DNA of 59,114 nucleotides from a bacterium (GTDB lineage Bacteria; Patescibacteriota; Minisyncoccia; UBA6257; UBA9933): NCBI GenBank assembly GCA_030693235.1, contig JAUYBE010000004.1, positions 1 to 59,114 of the forward strand, read 5' to 3'. Shown piece by piece: positions 29,202 to 37,220 of this stretch (position 1 is its first letter; each line of letters starts with the position of its first letter). The notes under the pieces were generated by a model. It saw only the letters and a program-made list of their open reading frames with translations, ran no database searches and was not told where the DNA came from. The position numbers and the translations under genes were made by a program.

Positions 29202-29645
29202 ATGTATTTTTGGAAAATCAATAAACTAAAAGAGGATTTGCTTAAACATCCACTTTCAGAAAGTGAGCTATTTAAGTATTTGCTTGCAACTACCATTATG
29301 TATAGTTTAGCAATGATACCTTTTTTAGAAAATAATCTTTGGGATGTTTATTCTGCGATTGTGATGGGGATGATCACTGTTTTTGGTACTATTTATATTT
29401 ATAGATGTAATAATGGAGATAAAGGAAACAATTTTCTTCAAAAATATCTTTCTATAGGATGGGTCATAAGCATTAGATGGATTGTGCTCATTATGTTGCC
29501 AGCTATGATTGTATATTTTATAGCACTCGCAATTTATTCAGGTTTGCCAGAAAGTACTACTCTATCTGATGTAATATTTTTTAACTTATTGTTTATGTCA
29601 TACTTTCGACTGTTTGGTAAACACATTAAAGATGTAGCAAAATAA
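29202..29645 (+). CDS. cassette 3: hypothetical membrane protein
   Basis: 147-aa, 4 TM. Confidence 0.7.
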   Translation: MYFWKINKLKEDLLKHPLSESELFKYLLATTIMYSLAMIPFLENNLWDVYSAIVMGMITVFGTIYIYRCNNGDKGNNFLQKYLSIGWVISIRWIVLIMLPAMIVYFIALAIYSGLPESTTLSDVIFFNLLFMSYFRLFGKHIKDVAK

Positions 29646-29837
29646 AATAATCTTAGTTGTAAAATAAGTATTTGAAAAATGGAATTCACCCCCAGTGCCT
29701 CTTCCATTTTTCAAAAAAATCAAATACAAATAGAAAAAGCCCACCAAAAACGAATAATAAGGATAAATTTTTCAAAAATACGCTTCGGGGTCGTTGCACT
29801 TAATTTTCTTCTGTTATCACTACAGAAAATTACCCTC

Positions 29838-29935
29838 GCCTAACACAGTATATCTGGCTCGCTCCTGCCGTCGCTCGACCCATATTTGCCTCCGTTTCAC
29901 TACGCAAAAACTTCAGATATGCCGAAACGTTGTGC
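29838..29935 (+). repeat. attC-like site 3 (98 bp)
   Basis: GCCTAAC-ACAGTATATCTG...CCCATAT...AAAACTTCAGATATGCCGAAAC-GTTGTGC. Confidence 0.85.
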
Positions 29936-30006
29936 GAAATTCACTCCGTGCGCACTGAACACAATTGTAGTAAAATTTATTAACTTAGCAAAATAATCGC
30001 TATATT

Positions 30007-30891
30007 ATGGAATGGATATTATTTTCAATTTTAGCAGCACTCACTTGGGCAATTGTAAACACAGTTGATAAATATGTTTTGACAAAGTGGGTCAGAAAAC
30101 CGATTGTTCCTGTCATGATTCTTGGAGTTATCGGTTTAATCGCAAGTATTTTTGTCTATTTCATATACGGCTTTTCCGAATTATCTTATGTCAATATTTT
30201 ATTGGCTTTTATCTCAGGCATTTTCTATATATTAATGAGTCTGTTTTATTTCAAAGCTGTAAAGATTGAAGAAATATCCCGTGTTATTCCACTTTTTTAT
30301 TTAGCTCCATTATTTATCTTAATTCTTGCTTCGATTTTTCTTGGTGAAGTTTTTCCGCCAATAAAATATTTGGGAATTTTTCTTTTGGTGGTTGGTGCGA
30401 TATTAATATCAACTCAGAAACTTACAAAAATTTCATTCGGAAAAGCCTTTTGGTTGATGATTTTGTCTTCGCTATCGCTTGCGATCAATCAGGTGATCAC
30501 AAAATACTTGCTTGACTTTGCGGACTTTTGGACGATTTTTTCATGGACAAGAATCGGAACAATCGTAGCATTAATTCCTGTTTATTTTATTTATTTCCCA
30601 GACATATTATCAACTGTGAAAGAACACGGCAAAAAAGTTATTGGTGTAATCTCGCTCAATGAATCTCTAAATGTGGTTGGAGTTATCTTTATTACGATTG
30701 CCGCATCTGTTGGATACATTACTTTGGTAAATTCTTTATCTGCAATCCAACCATTATTTGTATTGATTATTGCCGTGTTCTTAAGTATCTTTTACCCAAG
30801 GATTTTGAAAGAAGAAATTGGCAAATCAACCGTGCTGCTAAAATTAATAGCGATTATTTTGATGTTTGCAGGAGCAGTGTTGGTTTCCTAA
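30007..30891 (+). CDS. cassette 4: EamA/DMT-family transporter
   Basis: 10 TM, duplicated EamA pattern, 'A.TWA....DK', 'IS..IP...L.PLF'. Confidence 0.9.
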   Translation: MEWILFSILAALTWAIVNTVDKYVLTKWVRKPIVPVMILGVIGLIASIFVYFIYGFSELSYVNILLAFISGIFYILMSLFYFKAVKIEEISRVIPLFYLAPLFILILASIFLGEVFPPIKYLGIFLLVVGAILISTQKLTKISFGKAFWLMILSSLSLAINQVITKYLLDFADFWTIFSWTRIGTIVALIPVYFIYFPDILSTVKEHGKKVIGVISLNESLNVVGVIFITIAASVGYITLVNSLSAIQPLFVLIIAVFLSIFYPRILKEEIGKSTVLLKLIAIILMFAGAVLVS

Positions 30892-30982
30892 AGCGTGCGC
30901 ACACGGAGTGAACTCTGCGGCTTCCGCTCCGCTACAGCCTTGCCACGCTGCGCTCTCACTCCGCTACGCTACGGCTCGGGTC

Positions 30983-31083
30983 ATATAACACGGGATAAAA
31001 GGTTCGGCACTCGGCTCGTGCCTCACCCAAATTTTTCTTACGCTACGCTTTAGAAAAACTTCTTTTATCCCGATACGTTATAC
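30983..31083 (+). repeat. attC-like site 4 (101 bp)
   Basis: ATATAAC-A-CGGGATAAAAG...CCCAAAT...AAAACTT-CTTTTATCCCG-ATAC-GTTATAC. Confidence 0.85.
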
Positions 31084-31120
31084 GAAATATTTTTTAGTAT
31101 TTTTAATTGAATCTCTATTT

Positions 31121-31624
31121 ATGAAAGTTATTTTATACATGGCAATAACCGCAAATGGATATATTGCTAAGGAAAATAATGAAACTCCTTGGTCAAATGA
31201 AGAGTGGGAAAGTTTTTCTGAAAAAGCTAAGGAAATAAAGAATCTGATTATTGGCAGAAAAACTTTTGAAATAATGAATAATGAGGCGGAGTTTCAAAAA
31301 ATTGGTAATCCATTTACGGTTATTGTCTCAAATGAGAAAGATAATAATTCCAATTTTGCCTTTGTTGAATCGCCAGAAAAAGCGCTTGAACTATTGGAAG
31401 AAAAAGGATTTGAACAAGCTCTTGTTGCTGGCGGTGGAATGTTAAATTCATCATTTCTGCAAAAAGGTTTAATTGATGAAATTTATTTAGATGTTGAGCC
31501 ATTTTTATTTGGTAGTGGCATAAAGCTTTTTGCAGAAAATGATTATGAGGCAAAATTGGAATTATTATCAACAAAACAACTTTCAAAAAACACAATTCAG
31601 CTACACTATAAGGTGTTCAATTAA
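31121..31624 (+). CDS. cassette 5: dihydrofolate reductase/RibD C-terminal family protein
   Basis: 'A.TANGYIA', 'IIGRKTFE', 'VAGGG.LNSSFL..GLIDEI.L...P.LFG.G'. Confidence 0.9.
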   Translation: MKVILYMAITANGYIAKENNETPWSNEEWESFSEKAKEIKNLIIGRKTFEIMNNEAEFQKIGNPFTVIVSNEKDNNSNFAFVESPEKALELLEEKGFEQALVAGGGMLNSSFLQKGLIDEIYLDVEPFLFGSGIKLFAENDYEAKLELLSTKQLSKNTIQLHYKVFN

Positions 31625-31643
31625 AAATACAAAAAAATACATC

Positions 31644-31823
31644 AGCTAACACGGCACATGCGGTTCAGAAATTTTGCGCAATTATATTCCAAGGAGTGCA
31701 AAATTTCCTCTCCCAAATTGCGCTGACGAAATGGCAAGTTTAGTGATATAATAGAGGTAATCGATAATTAACGATTAATTCAATAATCCACGGCGCAACT
31801 TCGCATGTGACGATACGTTGTGC
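31644..31823 (+). repeat. attC-like site 5 (180 bp)
   Basis: AGCTAAC-ACGGCACATGCG...CCCAAAT...AACTTCGCATGTGACGATAC-GTTGTGC. Confidence 0.8.
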
Positions 31824-31864
31824 GAAATTTTAAAAACTTTTTATAAAGCAAACTTCAATTATTT

Positions 31865-32500
31865 ATGACAACTTGGGATAAGATTTACCGTGATTACAAT
31901 AACGGCGGCGAAGATTGGGCAACCCTTAGCGAAAATATCCACCCTTTATTTAAACAATTTTTGAACAAATCAAATTTTGAATTTAAACATGTTCTTGATA
32001 TAGGATGCGGGACTGGAAAATATTTACGTTTTTTAGCCGACAGAGGCTTTAAAACCGATGGCGTAGACTCGAGCGAAACTGCAGTTAAAATGGCGAAGTC
32101 TGTTTTAGATAAAAAAACATCAAACATAAAAAAGGCAGACATGTTTAAATTACGGATAACCAAGAACAGTTATGATTTAATCATTTCTATTTCCACTATT
32201 CATCACGGAGCGAAAAAGGACGTTCAAAATTTGATTAATAAAATACACTCTGCTTTGGCTAACGGCGGGAAAATCTTCATCACATTGCCAGACTTTGAGT
32301 CAACAAAAAAGTGGAATACCTTTTACCATTCGCACAAAAAATCAAAAAATGGTGCTTTCTACCCGACTTCTGGACCAGAAAAAGGATTAGCTCATAGTTT
32401 TTATGCCAAAGCAGAGGTTCAAAAATTGTTTGCCAAGTTTAGCGGTGTTAAAATAAGCTTAGATAAAATCGGGCGCTGGGTTGTCCAAGCTTCAAAATAA
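31865..32500 (+). CDS. cassette 6: class I SAM-dependent methyltransferase
   Basis: VLDIGCGTG, GVDSS, YDLIIS...HH. Confidence 0.92.
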   Translation: MTTWDKIYRDYNNGGEDWATLSENIHPLFKQFLNKSNFEFKHVLDIGCGTGKYLRFLADRGFKTDGVDSSETAVKMAKSVLDKKTSNIKKADMFKLRITKNSYDLIISISTIHHGAKKDVQNLINKIHSALANGGKIFITLPDFESTKKWNTFYHSHKKSKNGAFYPTSGPEKGLAHSFYAKAEVQKLFAKFSGVKISLDKIGRWVVQASK

Positions 32501-32517
32501 AAAGTTTTTAAAACATC

Positions 32518-32667
32518 GTATAACACGGGATAAGCGGTTCAGGGCAAATGCGATTTATTACTTACATTAATGAGTTACATTTGCCCTTCACCCAAATTTT
32601 TATTTTCTTTTTCTTTTAAACAATAAGGAAAGAAAATAAAAACTTCGCTTATCCCGATACGTTATAC
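32518..32667 (+). repeat. attC-like site 6 (150 bp)
   Basis: GTATAAC-A-CGGGATAAGCG...CCCAAAT...AAAACTT-CGCTTATCCCG-ATAC-GTTATAC. Confidence 0.85.
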
Positions 32668-32741
32668 GCCATAATAAAAAGCCTTTTTTATTTTTTTATA
32701 TAATTTTGGCAATTTATTTTACAAATAACTACGAAAAAAAT

Positions 32742-33095
32742 ATGGAAAAATATGAATCTGGAAAAATTAAAGATGAACGATTAAATACTTTCGGAATGGC
32801 GCCGAAGGAATGGCAGGATTTTTTTGTAGCTTTTAAAAAGATAAGAAGTGAGGTTCTTGGTAAAATATTTAGTCTTGATTCGCAAAAGAAAAAAGTATAT
32901 TTGGAAAAAATAAACGAAAAACAAAAAGAAGCATTCTCTTCAGTTGATGAACCTTCTAAGTATTTAATTTACCACCAATCCATAGGTGGTTCAACGGGGC
33001 CAGTATATTCTCCAAAATTAGACTTTGAAGGTGATTATTCGCTTTTAAAATTTTATCAAGAAATTTTGAGAGAGTTAGATGATAACAAAAAATAA
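32742..33095 (+). CDS. cassette 7: hypothetical protein
   Basis: ATG at 32742 inside the cassette shell; no family recognised. Confidence 0.65.
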   Translation: MEKYESGKIKDERLNTFGMAPKEWQDFFVAFKKIRSEVLGKIFSLDSQKKKVYLEKINEKQKEAFSSVDEPSKYLIYHQSIGGSTGPVYSPKLDFEGDYSLLKFYQEILRELDDNKK

Positions 33096-33155
33096 CGGAA
33101 TAAAAATAAATTGCCAAAATTATTTTACATTAAGGAAGAGACTTTTTATGACGGC

Positions 33156-33352
33156 GTATAACAACGCATATCTGGCTACAGGAAAATCACTCAAATGTAT
33201 ATTATGGAATGTGATTTTCCCTCCGCCCAAATTTTCATCCCTTAGGTTGATGAGGATTTAGGCGGAGATAATTAAATAAGGCATTGTCTGAAATCAAAAG
33301 ATTATCCTGCTAAGTCGGGATGAAAACTTCAGATGATGCGTAAACGTTAGCT
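33156..33352 (+). repeat. attC-like site 7 (197 bp, close relative of site 1)
   Basis: GTATAAC-AACGCATATCTGGCTACA...CCCAAATTTTCATCCCTTAG...AAAACTTCAGATGATGCGTAAAC-GTTAGCT. Confidence 0.87.
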
Positions 33353-33459
33353 GAAATAATAAAAAATATTTTTTCGCCCTGTCGGTCGATTAAATCGGGG
33401 CAAATTTATTTTTTATTTTTACGTAGCTCAAATTTAATTAAAAACTAATCAACAAAATT

Positions 33460-33972
33460 ATGAAAGAATCAAAACAATTTGAAGGCACTACACCGCCTCA
33501 AGAGCGTAAAACTAATGAGCCAAAAAATTTTGGCGAGTTTCTTCCAAGGGTCGCAAATTTAACAGGCAGACCAATAGAAGAACTTAAGAAGAGTTTTGGA
33601 GAAAGTTGGTACAATGAAGAAATAAATACAGAACTACTTGAAAAAATTGAAAATGGCACGAAAGAATTTATAGAATGGGCTGCATTAGGAGAAATAGGAA
33701 AATATTCTCATGAGGAAGGTAAATCTAAATTAGCTGATTATGAAGCAGTTGCAATGGCCATGAGAGCCTATAAGACGGCAAAAATATTAGAAAAGCAGAA
33801 TCCAGTTTTATGTGCCGATCATTCAAAATTGGAGGAAAAATTTAATGAATTTGAAAAAGAAATGCAGAAGCTTGAAAAAGTAGATACTTCGGAAAATAAA
33901 ATTGCCCGACAAATTCTACTTCAAGGCAGGAATGCAATGGCTTATTTATTAGACAAAAATCTTGCAAAATAA
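33460..33972 (+). CDS. cassette 8a: hypothetical protein
   Basis: 170-aa helical ORF; no family recognised. Confidence 0.65.
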   Translation: MKESKQFEGTTPPQERKTNEPKNFGEFLPRVANLTGRPIEELKKSFGESWYNEEINTELLEKIENGTKEFIEWAALGEIGKYSHEEGKSKLADYEAVAMAMRAYKTAKILEKQNPVLCADHSKLEEKFNEFEKEMQKLEKVDTSENKIARQILLQGRNAMAYLLDKNLAK

Positions 33973-34029
33973 AAAATAAATTTACATCGATTAGTTTAAC
34001 TATTCGCCCAAATGCGATATAATTAAGGC

Positions 34030-34875
34030 ATGGAAAATAACAGAAATGAAAATACTCACATCGCCATTTTTAAAGGCAAAACCATTAGGAGAACGCTATT
34101 TCAAAAAGAATGGTGGTTTTCGGTTACTGATGTTTGCGGCGTGCTTACCGATAGTTCCGATTCAGGTGCGTATTGGAGAAAGCTAAAACAACGGCTCATT
34201 GAAGAAGGGAGTGAAGTCGTGACATTTTGTCACGGTTTGAAATTGCTTGCTCCGGACGGAAAAATGCGTGAAACTGATTGTGCCAATACTGAAGGCATGT
34301 TCCGCATTATCCAGTCAATTCCCTCGCCAAAAGTCGAACCGCTTAAACGTTGGTTAGCGAAAGTTGGTTATGAACGGATACAAGAAATTGAAAATCCTGA
34401 ATTGGCGACAAAACGGACAAAATTACTCTATAAGTTAAAAGGTTACCCTGAAGATTGGATTGAAAAGCGAATGCGAGGCATCGCCATTCGCGAAGAATTG
34501 ACCGATGAATGGAAAAAACGGGGCGCGGAAACCGACCGCGATTATGAAATCTTAACAGCGGAAATTTCGCAGGCAACTTTCGGCATAAAACCGAATGAAT
34601 ACAAAAAATTTAAAGGACTAAGGCGCGAGAATCTCCGCGACCACATGGATGACTTTGAATTGATTTTAACTATGCTCGGTGAAAGGACAACCACTGAAAT
34701 CCACCGTACCAAAGATTCAAAAGGAGTGCCTCGACTCAAAGACGACGCCCGTCTTGGCGGTGAAGTGGCTGGCACGGCCAGAAAACAAATTGAAAGACGA
34801 ATCGGCCGGCCAATAGTTTCAAAAAGTAATTTTTTGAAAAATAAAGAGATTAAAAGATTGAAAAATAAAAAATAA
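34030..34875 (+). CDS. cassette 8b: Bro-N domain DNA-binding protein
   Basis: 'IRR.....EWWFSV.DV..VLT', 'LKL.A.DGK.R.TD', 'IIQSIPSPK.EP.K.WLA.VGYER'. Confidence 0.88.
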   Translation: MENNRNENTHIAIFKGKTIRRTLFQKEWWFSVTDVCGVLTDSSDSGAYWRKLKQRLIEEGSEVVTFCHGLKLLAPDGKMRETDCANTEGMFRIIQSIPSPKVEPLKRWLAKVGYERIQEIENPELATKRTKLLYKLKGYPEDWIEKRMRGIAIREELTDEWKKRGAETDRDYEILTAEISQATFGIKPNEYKKFKGLRRENLRDHMDDFELILTMLGERTTTEIHRTKDSKGVPRLKDDARLGGEVAGTARKQIERRIGRPIVSKSNFLKNKEIKRLKNKK

Positions 34876-34929
34876 AATTGCCCCGATTCACTTTCGCTTA
34901 ATCGGCGAAAAAGAATTTTTTATTACATC

Positions 34930-35005
34930 GCCCAACACGGCATATCTGGCTCCGCTCCGCTACACCCAAATGCTTCGCGCTTCAGATGATGCGTGAACGT
35001 TATAC
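34930..35005 (+). repeat. attC-like site 8 (76 bp, minimal)
   Basis: GCCCAAC-ACGGCATATCTG...CCCAAAT...CTTCAGATGATGCGTGAAC-GTTATAC. Confidence 0.85.
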
Positions 35006-35119
35006 GCCATAATAAAAAGCCTTAAATTCAATTAACTAATAATTTTGGCAATTTATTTTTTTGTGAGTTATAATCCCATTCTCATTTATGCCCCGATTAT
35101 TTAAGCGGGGTATTTTATT

Positions 35120-37105
35120 TTAGATTGCTTTATTCTCTATTTCTCTTTTAATCTTTTCGATAAATTCGTTAATTTTTATTTCGCCTTCCTTGCCCGCCGT
35201 AGCTTTAGCGGAGGCGGGCTGGCCGCGATGCCGAACATTAACAGTTTCATTTTGAATTTCCTTATCGCCGACAACTAAAATATATGGAATTTTTTGCATT
35301 TCGGCTTCGCGGATTCTTTTGCCTACGGAATTTTCGTCAATTAATTCTACGCGGATGCCATTACTTTTCAGTTCTTCCAGGATTTTTTTGGCGTAATCCA
35401 AATGATTTAATCCGACATTAATAATTCTTATTTGAACAGGGGAGAGCCATAAAGGAAAAGCGCCGGCGTAATGCTCAATAAGCAAACCAATAAATCTTTC
35501 ATACGAACCGAAAAGAGCCCGATGAAGCATATATGGTCTTTCTTGTTCGCCTTTTTCATTTACATAGTTCATGTCAAACCGTTCGGGAAGATTGAAATCA
35601 AATTGCAGAGTTGAACATTGCCATTCTCTGCCGATGACATCTTTGATTTTAAAATCCAGTTTCGGCCCGTAAAACGCCGCTTCGCCAATTTCTTCTTTGA
35701 ATTTTAATTTTTTCTCTCGGGCGACTTTTCTTAGTATGTCTTGGGTAAATTTCCAGCCCGCGTCGTTTCCGGCATACTTTTTTTTATCTTTTGGATCTCG
35801 CAATGACAAATAAATATTTATATTGTCCATACTAAATCCGAATGATTCGTATATAAACAAGATAAAATCGATAACCCGTTTTAATTCGTCTTTTACTTGA
35901 TTTTTTCTGCAGATAATATGCGCGTCATCTTGCGTAAATCCGCGCACTCTTGTAAGTCCGGAAAGTTCTCCTTTTTTTTCAAACCGATATACGGTTCCGC
36001 ATTCGGCCCAGCGAAGCGGAAGTTCCCGATATGATTTGGGATTATTTTTATAGATTTGGATTTGTAACGGACAATTCATCGGTTTAAGCAAGTATTCTTC
36101 GGAAATTTCCGTTTTTTTATTTTGTTGGCGTTCTTCCAGTGTTTGTCCGATTTCAAGCGGAGGATACATGGATTTGTTAAAAAATCCCCAATGTCCCGAT
36201 GTTTCCCATAATATACGGCTTCCAATGTGCGGTGTGCGAACAAGTTCGTATCCGTTTTCCAAATGTTTTTTATACCAAAATTCTTCAATTATTCTCCATA
36301 AGAGAGCTCCTTTAGGATGCCAAAGAGGCAATCCAAGTCCAACAGTTTCATCAATATGAAACAGATTCAGTTCTTTCCCAAGTTTGCGATGGTCTCTTTT
36401 TTCCGCTTCTTCAAGTCTTTTCAGATAATCATCTAATTCTTTTTTGGTTTCAAAAGCCACGCCGTAGATGCGGGTCAGCATCGGATTTTTCTCACTGCCT
36501 TTCCAGTAAGCGCCGGCGATTTTGGTTAGTTTAAAAGCGTCGGGATTTATTTCTTTAGTGTTTTTAACGTGAGGGCCTTTACATAAATCAATAAAATTTC
36601 CGCTTTGATAGATAGATACGGATTTCAATTTTTGGGAAGTCCGACTTCCTGACATTAATTCTTTTATGAGTTCCAGTTTATATAGTTGATTAATAAAAAT
36701 TTTTTTCGCTTCGGTAAAATCGGTATTTTCTTTTTTGAATTGTAAATTTTGTTTAATCAATTCGCGGATTCGTTTTTCAATTTCCGGCAAATCGGATTCG
36801 GTTATTTTTTGTTCCGCGTCAGTTCCGCGTTTTTTGTTCCGCGTCAGTTCCGCGGTTTTAAAGTCAAAGTCGTAGTAGAAGCCGTTTTCTATTGTTGGCC
36901 CGATGCCGAGGAGAACCGCTGACTCACGCGGACTGGACGCGGACTTACGCTGACTTTTTCCGTATTTTTTTATATCTTGTCCGCGTTTGTCCGCGTGTAG
37001 TCCGCGTTGTTCCGCGTTAATGTCCAAAACCGCCATTGCCAATAGGTGGGCTAATGAATGACGGATACTGCCCATATAGTTGTTTAATTTATCTTTTGAA
37101 GCCAT
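35120..37105 (-). CDS. thrS: threonine--tRNA ligase
   Basis: RHSLAHLL, DLCKGPHV, RDHRKLG, KPMNCP, RVRGFTQDDAH, MLHRA..GS.ERF. Confidence 0.97.
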   Translation of the reverse strand: MASKDKLNNYMGSIRHSLAHLLAMAVLDINAEQRGLHADKRGQDIKKYGKSQRKSASSPRESAVLLGIGPTIENGFYYDFDFKTAELTRNKKRGTDAEQKITESDLPEIEKRIRELIKQNLQFKKENTDFTEAKKIFINQLYKLELIKELMSGSRTSQKLKSVSIYQSGNFIDLCKGPHVKNTKEINPDAFKLTKIAGAYWKGSEKNPMLTRIYGVAFETKKELDDYLKRLEEAEKRDHRKLGKELNLFHIDETVGLGLPLWHPKGALLWRIIEEFWYKKHLENGYELVRTPHIGSRILWETSGHWGFFNKSMYPPLEIGQTLEERQQNKKTEISEEYLLKPMNCPLQIQIYKNNPKSYRELPLRWAECGTVYRFEKKGELSGLTRVRGFTQDDAHIICRKNQVKDELKRVIDFILFIYESFGFSMDNINIYLSLRDPKDKKKYAGNDAGWKFTQDILRKVAREKKLKFKEEIGEAAFYGPKLDFKIKDVIGREWQCSTLQFDFNLPERFDMNYVNEKGEQERPYMLHRALFGSYERFIGLLIEHYAGAFPLWLSPVQIRIINVGLNHLDYAKKILEELKSNGIRVELIDENSVGKRIREAEMQKIPYILVVGDKEIQNETVNVRHRGQPASAKATAGKEGEIKINEFIEKIKREIENKAI

Positions 37106-37220
37106 TTGTTTATAAATTTCTAATTGCTCTAATTTCTAATTACTCTAATCAAATCCCAGTCGGCAAATGACAAATAACTTTTAGGTCAATTAGAAATTAG
37201 GTTAATTAGGTTAATTCTAC

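Larger units (their letters stand above)
27426..35060 (+). mobile_element. integron-like array of 8 gene cassettes plus a terminal gene-less remnant
   Basis: Nine co-oriented ORFs separated by eight related AAC...GTT sites, divergent from an IntI-like integrase, AT-rich, unrelated cargo. Confidence 0.85.

Noticed and set aside
27426-35060. CRISPR array or toxin-antitoxin array
   Set aside because: Repeats are 76-197 bp, divergent and separated by whole genes; no cas genes and no toxin-antitoxin pairs recognised.
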